64,000 bases of DNA from a candidate division WOR-3 bacterium (GTDB lineage: Bacteria; Hydrothermota; Hydrothermia; LBFQ01): NCBI GenBank assembly GCA_015492295.1, contig WGFI01000094.1, positions 8,560 to 72,559 of the forward strand, in the 5' to 3' direction. A model generated the notes under the pieces. That model was given only the letters and a program-made list of their open reading frames with translations, did not search any database and was not told the origin of the DNA. Both the position numbers and the translations under genes were made by a program. Within the stretch, counting starts at the first letter, position 1. Every line of letters starts with the position of its first letter. Below, piece by piece: positions 1 through 9,531 of this stretch.

Positions 1-2269
1 AAGCGACACCCGCACGATATGGGTAGGTTGAGTGATATATATATGCCAGATTCAACGAAGCTATGGTATCGGCGTAGTTCTGGCTGTACGACGATATATC
101 AAAGTCCGCGAATACTCCTATATACACATTGTTTATGGCGGATGAGGAGTTATTAACGATTTCATACCTGAGGAATACCCAGTTTGGCAGATAGGAGAGG
201 TGTCCGTAGGCTTCCAACCTGAGTTCTATATTCTGTGAGGATGGATGAGGCGAATCATCATAACCCGCCGCTCCGTTTTCATCACCGTATATCGGTGTGG
301 ATCTTATAAATCCTCCGTAATATCTTGCGAGATCTCCTCCATCGTACCATCCATCCGGCACATAGTTCCTTGAATTTCCGAATGCCACACCAGCATAGTA
401 CAGCAGATTTGCGGAGGTCTTAGGATATTTGAAGCCCTTTGCACCCCTCGTAGTGTCTCCATAATGCGTCCCTATACCTCCGGGTTGATCAACGGGTATC
501 CATAGAGCGGCCGTTCCAGTATCTATAACGAAAACATCAACGGGATTACCTATAACCAAGGAGAAGTTAAGGGTATCGTTGTATCCTCCACTGTTGGCCG
601 TGATGTACATATCAAAATTCACCGTTAGACCGATAGGAGCGCTTGGCGATACGCTTATCGTGAATACATCCGCGGAGTTGTTGGCGGAATCACCCGTGAG
701 TATATTTCCGTAGTTTGCGAAGTTATCAATTATCGTTATATACGGGTTTGTGGTAGCTATCGTGGCCTGAGTGTTGTTTGCATCGGCGCCACCGCTGTTC
801 CTAAGAGTTATTATAAGATCCACGGTCTCGCCAGGATCCGCTATGTTGTTGTTGTTTCCGGAAGCATCATCAACGAACACACTGGATATGGTTATGTACG
901 GCACGCTAGTTGAAGGTGTATTTTGAACGGCCCTTAAGGCGTTCAGTCTTCCCCATCCACAGTCATTGTTAGGTACGGAATTGCAGTACGGTGGAGGTGT
1001 ATCGGCGTTATCAAGGAGTATGTTATAAACTTGTGTGAAATCCAGCGTGGCGTTCTTCTGGAAGAGCAGTGCTATGGTTCCCGTTACATGCGGAGCTGCC
1101 ATTGAGGTTCCGCTCATGTTGGTGTATGAGCTTGAACCGTAGGATGAATAAACGCTGACACCGGGGGCGGAGATGTTAGGCTTGTAGAAGTTCCAGTCAG
1201 CTCTCGGCCAGTATGATGTATTATTCCAAGGGTTCTGGTTGGGTGCGGGTCCCCTTGATGAGAAGCTCGCTATGTTATCGCTCGCATCCGTTGCACCAAC
1301 GCCTATCACGGTGGGATAATTTCCGGGTGTTCCGGCGGTTCCGGATCCTGGACCGTTGTTTCCTATGGAAAATACTGGTATTATACCCGCGGTTCTCCAG
1401 GCCAAAACATCGTTCCAGAATGTTGTACTTGTAGTGCTATTGCTTCCCCAGGAGTTATTAACGGCCACTATATTGACACCACTATCAACCTTCCAGCTGG
1501 CTATCATCTGAAAACCGTTTCTTATGATGGTGGTTGTTGTGGAACAGCTGCTACCTCCAAATATCCTGACAGCCGCCAACCTCGCACCTGGGGCTACACC
1601 TATATCCTGAGAGAACGATCCGAGCCCATCTCCACCCACCATGGTTCCGCTCGTATGCGTTCCATGATACGAACAACCCGCTCCATCAGTCGGTGTAGAT
1701 GAACCGCCATAAGCATCGTACCACTTTATTACTTTACCGTTTAACGCCGGATGTGAAGCCATAACGCCGGAATCCATGGAACCTATGATCACACCCGTGC
1801 CGTCTATGCCGTAATACGCCCAAACGGAATCCGCCTTAATCTTATCCACACCCCAGGCAACAGCATCAGGTTTGAAATCGTCAGAAGGTCCAGGTTTTGC
1901 AAACAGATATATAACCTCTTCCTCGTATATGTACTTTATGTCATCTCTCGCCGCTAGCGCCCTTATCTGCTGCGGAGTCGCCTCAACAACGATCTCATTG
2001 CTGATCCAGAAACCCTGATAATTGGTTATACCGAGTTCTTTTATATGCGCTATCACAGGAGCCTGCGTCCTCGCTGCGAGATCCCTGACATGCGTAAAGA
2101 TGCTTTTCAGAATCTGCTGATTCCTCTTGGGATACTGAGCCATGTACTCCTCGTAGTTGGGCTGTTCTTTTAGAACCAAGAAGACGCGGAACTTTTGATT
2201 GGGAGGCGCCGTATTGAGCTTCGCCTCCAACTCCGGCTGCAATTTGGCTAATGACACTATCCAAATCAT
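1..2269 (-). CDS. Subtilisin-like serine peptidase (S8 family), C-terminal part beyond the window start
   Basis: Reverse-strand translation from the ATG at 2267-2269 gives MIWIVSLAKLQPELE...VDKIKADSVWAYYGIDGTGVIIGSMDSGV...SYHGTHTSGTMVGGDG...VAPGARLAAVRIF...VNNSWG. These are the canonical Asp box (GTGVxIGxxDSGV), His box (HGTHTSGT) and substrate-binding segment of subtilases. The frame stays open to position 1. It is absent from the ORF track because it runs off the edge; the listed 1995..2264 ORF is in a different frame. Confidence 0.8.
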   Translation of the reverse strand, partial: MIWIVSLAKLQPELEAKLNTAPPNQKFRVFLVLKEQPNYEEYMAQYPKRNQQILKSIFTHVRDLAARTQAPVIAHIKELGITNYQGFWISNEIVVEATPQQIRALAARDDIKYIYEEEVIYLFAKPGPSDDFKPDAVAWGVDKIKADSVWAYYGIDGTGVIIGSMDSGVMASHPALNGKVIKWYDAYGGSSTPTDGAGCSYHGTHTSGTMVGGDGLGSFSQDIGVAPGARLAAVRIFGGSSCSTTTTIIRNGFQMIASWKVDSGVNIVAVNNSWGSNSTTSTTFWNDVLAWRTAGIIPVFSIGNNGPGSGTAGTPGNYPTVIGVGATDASDNIASFSSRGPAPNQNPWNNTSYWPRADWNFYKPNISAPGVSVYSSYGSSSYTNMSGTSMAAPHVTGTIALLFQKNATLDFTQVYNILLDNADTPPPYCNSVPNNDCGWGRLNALRAVQNTPSTSVPYITISSVFVDDASGNNNNIADPGETVDLIITLRNSGGADANNTQATIATTNPYITIIDNFANYGNILTGDSANNSADVFTISVSPSAPIGLTVNFDMYITANSGGYNDTLNFSLVIGNPVDVFVIDTGTAALWIPVDQPGGIGTHYGDTTRGAKGFKYPKTSANLLYYAGVAFGNSRNYVPDGWYDGGDLARYYGGFIRSTPIYGDENGAAGYDDSPHPSSQNIELRLEAYGHLSYLPNWVFLRYEIVNNSSSAINNVYIGVFADFDISSYSQNYADTIASLNLAYIYHSTYPYRAGVA

Positions 2270-2278
2270 AGCTACCAA

Positions 2279-2330
2279 GTATTTTAAGGTGGTAAAATTT
2301 CTTTTGTCAAGTCAAAGTTTCAGGCTTAGA
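2279..2330. promoter_or_regulatory. Divergent promoter pair: CCTTAAAATAC (minus strand, S8 peptidase) and GCTTAGAATAT (plus strand, thiolase)
   Basis: On the minus strand CCTTAAAATAC ends 9 nt before the peptidase ATG. On the plus strand GCTTAGAATAT ends 10 nt before the thiolase ATG. No SD is present. Confidence 0.45.
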
Positions 2331-2340
2331 ATATCCCCTT

Positions 2341-3501
2341 ATGAAAATCGTTATAACGAATGCTTACAGATTGCCCGTTGGTAGCTTGGGAGGACAACTA
2401 TCCGATATGGAAACCTATGAACTTTTTATGGAAGTGGCGAAATATGTCCTTGAGAAATCCGGCATTGATAGGAATGTGGTGGATGGTGTAGTTGTTGGAA
2501 ACATAGGGCAACCTTCCGATGCTCCGAATGTTGCGAGGAAAATAGCGAGGGAACTCTTGGGTGATAACAAATGGGGTTTTGTGGTTCAAAGGAATTGCGC
2601 GTCGGGAATTCAAGCCATAACTACGGGTTATGAGATTATAAAGAACGGTGATGCGGATGTCCTTCTCGTTGGGGGGGTTGAAAGTATGTCAAAGGCCCCG
2701 TATATACTTAAAAAAGCAAGATGGGGATACAGACTTAGACATGATACACTTTACGATGGTCTTTGGGAAGGTTTGACGGATCCCATAGTTGATCAGCTCA
2801 TGGGTAGAACTGCTGAAAATTTGGTGGAAAAGTATAACCTCACCCGGGAGGAGATGGATCAGTTCGCCGTCAGTAGCCATCAAAAGGCGTACAAAGCCCA
2901 AAAAGAAGGCTTGTTCTCACCGAGAATAGCGCCTATTGAGAAGGATGGAGAAGTAATTGATAAGGATGAGGGAATAAATCCGAATTTAACTCTACAGATA
3001 GCCGCCCTTTATCCTCCGATATTTAAAGAGAATGGAACGGTAACACCCGCTTCAAGTTCATCAATAAACGATGGGGCCGCCGCCATGCTTCTTATGAGTG
3101 AGGAGAAATCCAAGGAATTGGGTATAAAGCCCGATGCTTACATAGTTTCTTACGCGTACGGTGCGGTTGATCCTGCTTATATGGGAGAGGGACCGACATG
3201 TTCAACACCGATAGCCCTACGAAAGGCGAATATGAAAATAACGGATATAGATTTCTTTGAGGTCAATGAGGCCTTCGCAGCCGTCGCCATAGTTGATAGA
3301 AATGTTCTGGGAATCCCTGATGAAAAGATGAATGTTTGGGGAGGTGCCATAGCCCACGGTCATCCCGTAGGAGCCACGGGGGCGATACTGACGGTTAAAA
3401 TGATAGGGATTTTGGAGACATACAAAGGAAAGAGGGGTTTGATAACTCTTTGCGTTGGGGGAGGGCAGGGGGGAACCCTCATAATTGAAAGGTACGAATA
3501 G
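2341..3501 (+). CDS. Acetyl-CoA C-acetyltransferase (thiolase II)
   Basis: 386 aa. The N-terminus carries the NCASG motif with the catalytic Cys region (VVQRNCASGIQAI). The C-terminus carries GHP (AIAHGHPVGATG) and CVGGGQG motifs. Length and motif order match thiolases. Confidence 0.85.
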   Translation: MKIVITNAYRLPVGSLGGQLSDMETYELFMEVAKYVLEKSGIDRNVVDGVVVGNIGQPSDAPNVARKIARELLGDNKWGFVVQRNCASGIQAITTGYEIIKNGDADVLLVGGVESMSKAPYILKKARWGYRLRHDTLYDGLWEGLTDPIVDQLMGRTAENLVEKYNLTREEMDQFAVSSHQKAYKAQKEGLFSPRIAPIEKDGEVIDKDEGINPNLTLQIAALYPPIFKENGTVTPASSSSINDGAAAMLLMSEEKSKELGIKPDAYIVSYAYGAVDPAYMGEGPTCSTPIALRKANMKITDIDFFEVNEAFAAVAIVDRNVLGIPDEKMNVWGGAIAHGHPVGATGAILTVKMIGILETYKGKRGLITLCVGGGQGGTLIIERYE

Positions 3502-4163
3502 TGTCAGATACACTTCTTGTGATAAACCTTTTAAGCTTGGGAGATTGGTGGGGGGCGTATCTGGAGTCTAAGAGGATAGGTTCAGATTACTATATGGCGA
3601 AATCTCTGATCTTAAAAGGCGATACTTCGGAAGCAATAATCCTACTTTCCGAGGACACAACTTGCAAAGCAAAGAGATTGAGGCTATCCTTGGTCTTATC
3701 AAAATTCCTCATGGAATCGGCCTATGATATATTAAAAGATAGCACCTGTTTTACGGAAGATGATAAAACCTTGACCGATGCCTATTTCCTGAATTTCAAT
3801 GAAGATGATCCTCTATCGGACAGTTTAAGGAAAAGACTTCCAAAACTTCTAAATCCTTCAACGGCGCTTATACTCAACATCATTCCCGGTCTCGGTATGG
3901 TGTATTCAGGAAAACCCTGGAACGGTATAAAGACTGTACTTGCAAACATCATCGGTATAGGAGGTATCGTGTATTCTATAAAGAAGAAGCATTATGTTGA
4001 TGCTGGTATATGGTATTTCTTTTGGGAGAATAGGTTTTATTTTGGCAGCTTTCAGAACACCTTGGAGTATGTATGGGAGGAAAACAGGAGAAGGCTTCGG
4101 CCGTATTTTGAATATATAAGGATGAGGATTGAAAAAGGAGGTTTATATGTACGAGATAGGTGA
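3501..4163 (+). CDS. Hypothetical membrane protein
   Basis: 220 aa ORF with a GTG start overlapping the thiolase stop by 1 nt (translational coupling). It has a hydrophobic segment (LILNIIPGLGMVYSG...IIGIGGIVYSI) and no recognisable family. Confidence 0.4.
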   Translation: MSDTLLVINLLSLGDWWGAYLESKRIGSDYYMAKSLILKGDTSEAIILLSEDTTCKAKRLRLSLVLSKFLMESAYDILKDSTCFTEDDKTLTDAYFLNFNEDDPLSDSLRKRLPKLLNPSTALILNIIPGLGMVYSGKPWNGIKTVLANIIGIGGIVYSIKKKHYVDAGIWYFFWENRFYFGSFQNTLEYVWEENRRRLRPYFEYIRMRIEKGGLYVRDR

Positions 4164-5940
4164 AATATTGCTTAGACTAAGCATACTATCTTCACTTTTC
4201 GGCTTGTTTCTCTCTTTCACCAAAAGGGTAAAGTTAATAGAAACTCTGGTATTAACTATGGTTTTATCCATAATATTGTCCAATGTTATCCTGCTTAAAG
4301 CCTTGCTAAGGAGCGACTTTTCCTTAGTGTATGTCATAAACTACACATCAAAGGATTTGCCCCTATTCTATAAATTCACGGCATGGTGGGGTGGTCAAGC
4401 GGGATCTCTGATGTTTTGGCTCTTCGTGTTATCCATATATACACTTTTCTTCACGGCAAAGATAAGGACCCCAAGCGTATATACCGTCGTATTCGCAACA
4501 TTTCTTTTCTTTTTGATAACAACCACCTATGCTGCGAACCCATTTGAGAGACTGCCTTTGAGCATGCCTGACGGTAGGGGTTTAAATCCCTTACTGCAAA
4601 ATGTATGGATGGCTATACATCCACCACTGCTCTACTTAGGATATGTGGGTACAACCTTTCCAGCCGCCCTATCATTTGAAGCTGCCTTAAAGGGTTTTGA
4701 CAACAATAGCATCAGCAGAACCCGATTCTGGCTTATGCTTTCATGGATTTTCCTAACTCTCGGAATACTCCTGGGAGGTAGATGGGCGTATTTGGAGCTC
4801 GGGTGGGGGGGATACTGGGCTTGGGACCCGGTTGAAAACGCTTCATTTCTCCCTTGGATAGTTTTAACGGCGGCAATACACACCTACCACTTGGTTAAAA
4901 TAGGTTCTCATAGGATGTGGTTCTTCAATCTGGCATTTGCAGGATACTTTCTTTCAATCCTTGGGACTTTTCTTACAAGGAGCGGAATAGTTGAATCCGT
5001 TCATGCTTTCGCATTTTCGGATATAGGACATTACTTTATAGCATACCTTTCCTTATGCCTTATAGTATGGATTTTTACAAACTTTAAGTTCATAGGGATC
5101 AGAAAGGTAAGAAACTACGAAATCTTCACGAGGGGTTGGTACCTGTCAATATCAAATTATCTTTGGATTGTACTGCTTTTCGCCGTGATCCTTGGCACTT
5201 TTTACCCCGTGATAACCGAACTTATAACGGGTGTTCAACTCACAACTTCAAAAAATTACTACACATATTCCACCGCGCCTATGTTCCTTGCAATAATCGT
5301 ATCGTCCATATTGGCGCTTGAAAGTAGGTGGGATAAAGCCATTTTTAAGATAAACAAGTTGCATTTTGGAATATCGCTTGTAGTATCTTTAATTTTCCTT
5401 CTTATAACTCGCAACATTTTCATTTTCATAGGTATTCTCGTTTCGCTTTATGGTACATTGGCACTCTTTAAATCTAAAAGCCCTTCTCATGTTGCTCACA
5501 TAGGATTACTCATAACATCCGCGGGTATAGTTTTAACTTGGAATCTTGGGAAGGGATACGAAATATCTTTTAAACCGGGAGAAACGAAGGATTTCTATGT
5601 TTTTAAGCTCACACATCTCGGCTGGGATGAGTATAAAGGAAAAAATTACGACGGTGTTTATGCCATAATGAATGTTAAAATCTTTAACAGAAATCTTGGA
5701 GATATAAAACCCGAAAGGAGGCTTTACAAACCTTCCGAAGAGGTAACATCCGAGGCCGGAATATTACCGATATTCCCCTTGGGAGATATATATGTCGTTA
5801 TTCAGGGTGCCGAAGACGATGGGAGATTTTACTATGAGGTATATTTTAATCCGGGGATACAGTTGGTATGGATAGGCCCGGTTATTATAGCATTGGCGGG
5901 ACTATGGAGTTTGCTCCGTAGGAAAGGTTTTCATCCTTAA
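4129..5940 (+). CDS. ccmF: Cytochrome c-type biogenesis heme lyase, CcmF/NrfE family
   Basis: 603 aa polytopic membrane protein. The N-terminal motif is FTAWWGGQAGSLMFW. The WWD domain RWAYLELGWGGYWAWDPVENASFLPWI matches the CcmF/NrfE signature (WGGxWFWDPVEN). Conserved His-containing loops follow. Confidence 0.7.
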   Translation: MKKEVYMYEIGEILLRLSILSSLFGLFLSFTKRVKLIETLVLTMVLSIILSNVILLKALLRSDFSLVYVINYTSKDLPLFYKFTAWWGGQAGSLMFWLFVLSIYTLFFTAKIRTPSVYTVVFATFLFFLITTTYAANPFERLPLSMPDGRGLNPLLQNVWMAIHPPLLYLGYVGTTFPAALSFEAALKGFDNNSISRTRFWLMLSWIFLTLGILLGGRWAYLELGWGGYWAWDPVENASFLPWIVLTAAIHTYHLVKIGSHRMWFFNLAFAGYFLSILGTFLTRSGIVESVHAFAFSDIGHYFIAYLSLCLIVWIFTNFKFIGIRKVRNYEIFTRGWYLSISNYLWIVLLFAVILGTFYPVITELITGVQLTTSKNYYTYSTAPMFLAIIVSSILALESRWDKAIFKINKLHFGISLVVSLIFLLITRNIFIFIGILVSLYGTLALFKSKSPSHVAHIGLLITSAGIVLTWNLGKGYEISFKPGETKDFYVFKLTHLGWDEYKGKNYDGVYAIMNVKIFNRNLGDIKPERRLYKPSEEVTSEAGILPIFPLGDIYVVIQGAEDDGRFYYEVYFNPGIQLVWIGPVIIALAGLWSLLRRKGFHP

Positions 5941-5951
5941 AATCCTTTATT

Positions 5952-7736
5952 ATGCTTTACTTATTAGTATCCTATACGCATGAGTTTTATATGGTCAGTA
6001 TGAGGGACGGTGTAAGGCTCGCCACTGATGTATATAAACCCACGATATACTTCGGACAACTGCATACGATACTTATTAGAACCCCTTATGACAGAACGGC
6101 TACTGGCCTAAGCTATCTTATTCCTTATATAACCGATATTAAAGGGTACGCGCTTGTGATTCAAAGTCTTAGGGGTTTCAATGGGAGTGAAGGGGAGCCG
6201 TCGGTTTTCAGGACGGATGGGTGGGGGGAGCTTCAAGATGGATACGATGCCGTTCAGTGGATAATATCTCAGCCATGGTCATCCGGCAAGGTTTGCGGTT
6301 CCTGGTTATCCGCTATGGGTATAACGCAGTACCTCCTTTCAGGAACGCTCCACCCAGCGTATAAATGCGCCACACCCATAATAGGAGCGCACAGCATTTA
6401 TCATTATGCGGCTTTTTATGGAGGAGAATTCAGAAAGAACTTGGTTGAGAATTGGCTTTCAGGTCTCGGAGTTCCACACCTGATAGATACGGTCGCCTCC
6501 CATCCCCTTTACGATAGCACTTGGTATATCATGAATCTCAACGAAAGGATTCCGGATGTAAATGTCCCAATGTATCATCTTGCGGGATGGTTTGATATAT
6601 TCCTTGAAAGTCAGATAGAGGCTTTTATCAATTTACAGTTCAATGGGGGTCCTTTGGCGAGAGGAAATCAAAAGATAATAATAGGACCTTGGGGGCATCT
6701 AACCTTCGGACAGACCGTACAGGGAGATTTAATATTCCCATCAAATGCGGCCTTATCGGTCGATGATCTTATGAATATCCTTGGCAGATGGTACGATTAT
6801 TGGCTAAAAGGTGATAATAACGGGGTGATTGACGAGCCTCCTGTAAAATTTTACATAATAGGTATAAATGAGTGGGCCACATCCGACACTTTCCCCCCAA
6901 GGGGGGTATATTATAGGAAATGGTATTTGCATGGCGATGGCTCTTTGAGGCTCAGCCCTCCAACCTCCGACAGTTTTTCCGTATATGTGTATGATCCCAA
7001 CGATCCAACTCCCAGCATAGGAGGAAATGAGATGGATCTTCCAGGTGGGACTGGTCCAAAGGATCAAAGACCTTTGTTATCAAGGAGCGATGTTTTGGTG
7101 TTTCAGAGTGATGTTCTTACGGATACGGTTGTGGTCATAGGTAACATAATCGGTAAATTGTATTTTGAAAGCGATAGATACGATACGGATTTTGTTATAA
7201 GGATAGCGGATGTGTATCCCGATGGAAGAGCGATATTGGTTTCGGATGGCATAATAAAAGCGAGATTCAGATACGGTTTTGATAGGGAGGTTCTTATAAC
7301 CCCCGGACAAATAGATTCGGTTGAGGTGAAGGTCTGGGCAACGGCTTGGGCTTTCCTCCCAGGACACAGGATAATGGTTATAATTTCTTCCGCGAACTAT
7401 CCGAGATTTGAGGCGAATCCCAACAACGGTGGTCCTTTTGTGAGAGATGACACATTCAAACTCGTAGCCACAAATAAAATATATCATTCCCCCCAGTATC
7501 CATCCTACATAAATATTCCTATGTATCCATCCACCGCCGTCAGAGAGATGATAGCAAGGGGTAATAGGAGCGAGATCAAAGTTGAAGGTTCAAGGATCTG
7601 CTCATCCGATTATCACAGTATTTACGATATATCTGGTAGGATGCTTTTTCAAGGGGTTGGGTGTTCAAGGAATTTAAAAGCGGGGGTGTATATGGTGAAA
7701 TTGCGTAAGAGGATACTCAAAGTGATCATAAGATGA
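5952..7736 (+). CDS. CocE/NonD-family hydrolase (S15 X-Pro dipeptidyl-peptidase-like) with T9SS-type C-terminal domain
   Basis: 594 aa. The N-terminal alpha/beta hydrolase has LIRTPYDRT, an S-x-x-G nucleophile region (CGSWLSAMG) and IIGPWGH. The C-terminal roughly 70 aa (YDISGRMLFQGVG...AGVYMVKLRKRILKVIIR) matches the Por-secretion-tail pattern. Confidence 0.65.
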   Translation: MLYLLVSYTHEFYMVSMRDGVRLATDVYKPTIYFGQLHTILIRTPYDRTATGLSYLIPYITDIKGYALVIQSLRGFNGSEGEPSVFRTDGWGELQDGYDAVQWIISQPWSSGKVCGSWLSAMGITQYLLSGTLHPAYKCATPIIGAHSIYHYAAFYGGEFRKNLVENWLSGLGVPHLIDTVASHPLYDSTWYIMNLNERIPDVNVPMYHLAGWFDIFLESQIEAFINLQFNGGPLARGNQKIIIGPWGHLTFGQTVQGDLIFPSNAALSVDDLMNILGRWYDYWLKGDNNGVIDEPPVKFYIIGINEWATSDTFPPRGVYYRKWYLHGDGSLRLSPPTSDSFSVYVYDPNDPTPSIGGNEMDLPGGTGPKDQRPLLSRSDVLVFQSDVLTDTVVVIGNIIGKLYFESDRYDTDFVIRIADVYPDGRAILVSDGIIKARFRYGFDREVLITPGQIDSVEVKVWATAWAFLPGHRIMVIISSANYPRFEANPNNGGPFVRDDTFKLVATNKIYHSPQYPSYINIPMYPSTAVREMIARGNRSEIKVEGSRICSSDYHSIYDISGRMLFQGVGCSRNLKAGVYMVKLRKRILKVIIR

Positions 7737-7876
7737 TATAATCGCCCCTTGCTTTTGTAGTGGGTGGGGATTTAACGCAAAGGGATATTACGCTAGTGGG
7801 GAGACCTTCGGAGATGGTTCTTAGTTTTTAAGTGTAAGGGCAAGATGCAATTTTTACCTCCTTAAAATTCTGGTCT

Positions 7877-9529
7877 ATGTTGGGTAAGGAGGCTTTTCTG
7901 ATAAATCTTTATGTTTTAAACTTTTGGTCGGGCACCGAACCATCGTTGCCGTTGTTCAATATGATGTTCAACGATCCTAACAAGGTTTATAACCTCGCCA
8001 ACTCCATCGCTATGAAGTACAGAAAGGATACTTTAAGAGTCTTTCCTTCATGCGTTTTACTCGCGAAGCTATCCGGAAGCAATATAAGGGCGGGGCTCCT
8101 AAGTGATATATACAAAGAAACCGTAGCCGAGATAACGGGGGATAACCCCTTAGGCAAATTCATATTTGACAGGGAGAGAAAACTATCAAAAGGTTTGCGA
8201 GATTCCTTGCAAATGATACCGAACTATGTACCTACAAAGATAAACCGATTGACCACCGCCCTGCTCAAAGTGTATTTATCCGTAAATATGAAGGTTCCTC
8301 GCCGTCTGAACGCCTATATATGGGATAGCCTTTCACTCAAAGACAAGGAGGAATTTGAAAGGAGTTTCCTTGGGAAAACCGATAAAGAAAGGATTGCCTA
8401 TGCATTTCAGGTTATGTGCGTTCTTTTGGACTCTTTGAGAAGCGTGGTGAATAGATATGGAAGTTCTATGAAGAGCTTCTATCTGAGAACGCCTTATGGA
8501 TATATATCCTTCGGTTCAAAGGACAAGGATAGCTTCCCAAACTCAATAATAGTGATAGATCCAGGAGGGGATGATATTTACGGTGATGTGCGCTTAGGTT
8601 TGGACCTGTCGGGAAACGATATTTACAAGGGAGATGTTGGTTTTGGCTTCTTCGGTATAGGTGGATTCGTAGATGAGGAGGGTAACGATGTCTATAAGGG
8701 TAGCTATATAGGAGCAGGATTCTTGGGATTTGGATTGTTATATGATTTACGAGGAAACGATATATACAAGTGCAAGGTGTTCTGTTTGGGGGCGGGATAC
8801 ATGGGTGGAGGTATGGTTGTCGATAAGGAGGGAAACGACACATATTATGCAATATCAAAGTCTCAGGGTTTTGGATGGGTTGGAGGTGTAGGTATATTGG
8901 TTGATGTTGAAGGGAACGATAATTACGAACTTGAAGATTCGGTTTTGTACTTCCCATCACCACAGAGTCCGAAACATAACACGAGCTTAGGACAAGGTAT
9001 GGGATACGGTGAAAGGAGGGATTTTTATAACGGTAGATCTCTCGGCGGAGGTTTAGGTATCCTCGTTGATGTGAAAGGGGATGATAGATACTATTCAAGC
9101 GTTTTTTCGCAGGGATCCGGGTATTGGTTGGGTGTGGGAGTTCTATATGATGGGGATGGGAACGATGCGTATTCGGGTGTGTGGTATTCCCAAGGGGCGG
9201 CCGCGCATTTTGGAATAGGCGCCTTGTACGACCTTAGGGGGAACGATGTCTATTTATCCCTTCTATCAACCTCGCAAGGTGTGGGACATGATTTTTCTTA
9301 TGGTATTCTCATTGATTTTAATGGTAAGGACACATATACATGTGGGAACCTTTGCCTCGGAAGTGGAAACGCTCAAGGTGTGGGAATATTTTGGGATTTC
9401 GGTGGAGAAATGCGCACAAACCTTAAAGGTAAAGGTCTAGGTGTTGAAAACCCCGCGGTGGATAAAACGAGTTTCAGGTACTCTTTCCCCACGAAAGGTT
9501 TTGTTTGTAAAGGGAAGGCCTGCCCATAA
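7877..9529 (+). CDS. Hypothetical repeat protein (predicted beta-solenoid with about 14 GND-x-Y glycine-rich turns)
   Basis: 550 aa. Residues about 1-230 are non-repetitive. From about residue 230 a roughly 22-aa periodic unit recurs: GxGxxGxGxLxDxxGNDxYxG. Motifs seen are GDDIYGD, GNDIYKG, GNDVYKG, GNDIYKC, GNDTYYA, GNDNYEL, GDDRYYS, GNDAYSG, GNDVYLS and GKDTYTC. No family is recognised from memory. Confidence 0.55.
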   Translation: MLGKEAFLINLYVLNFWSGTEPSLPLFNMMFNDPNKVYNLANSIAMKYRKDTLRVFPSCVLLAKLSGSNIRAGLLSDIYKETVAEITGDNPLGKFIFDRERKLSKGLRDSLQMIPNYVPTKINRLTTALLKVYLSVNMKVPRRLNAYIWDSLSLKDKEEFERSFLGKTDKERIAYAFQVMCVLLDSLRSVVNRYGSSMKSFYLRTPYGYISFGSKDKDSFPNSIIVIDPGGDDIYGDVRLGLDLSGNDIYKGDVGFGFFGIGGFVDEEGNDVYKGSYIGAGFLGFGLLYDLRGNDIYKCKVFCLGAGYMGGGMVVDKEGNDTYYAISKSQGFGWVGGVGILVDVEGNDNYELEDSVLYFPSPQSPKHNTSLGQGMGYGERRDFYNGRSLGGGLGILVDVKGDDRYYSSVFSQGSGYWLGVGVLYDGDGNDAYSGVWYSQGAAAHFGIGALYDLRGNDVYLSLLSTSQGVGHDFSYGILIDFNGKDTYTCGNLCLGSGNAQGVGIFWDFGGEMRTNLKGKGLGVENPAVDKTSFRYSFPTKGFVCKGKACP

Positions 9530-9531
9530 TC

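Noticed and set aside
1213-2264. Small listed ORFs (1213..1434 +, 1995..2264 -, 2199..2384 +) at the window start
   Set aside because: All lie inside or antisense to the S8 peptidase gene, which is in another frame and absent from the track only because it runs off the window edge. The 1995..2264 ORF starts from a TTG translated as M.
8466-9098. 210-aa minus-strand ORF inside the GND-repeat gene, and similar antisense ORFs (12568..13023 +, 20623..21096 +, 21139..21675 +, 55953..56375 +, 57751..58095 +)
   Set aside because: They are antisense to long, well-supported genes. Their products are proline/serine-rich and low-complexity, as expected from reverse reading of coding DNA, so they are not called.
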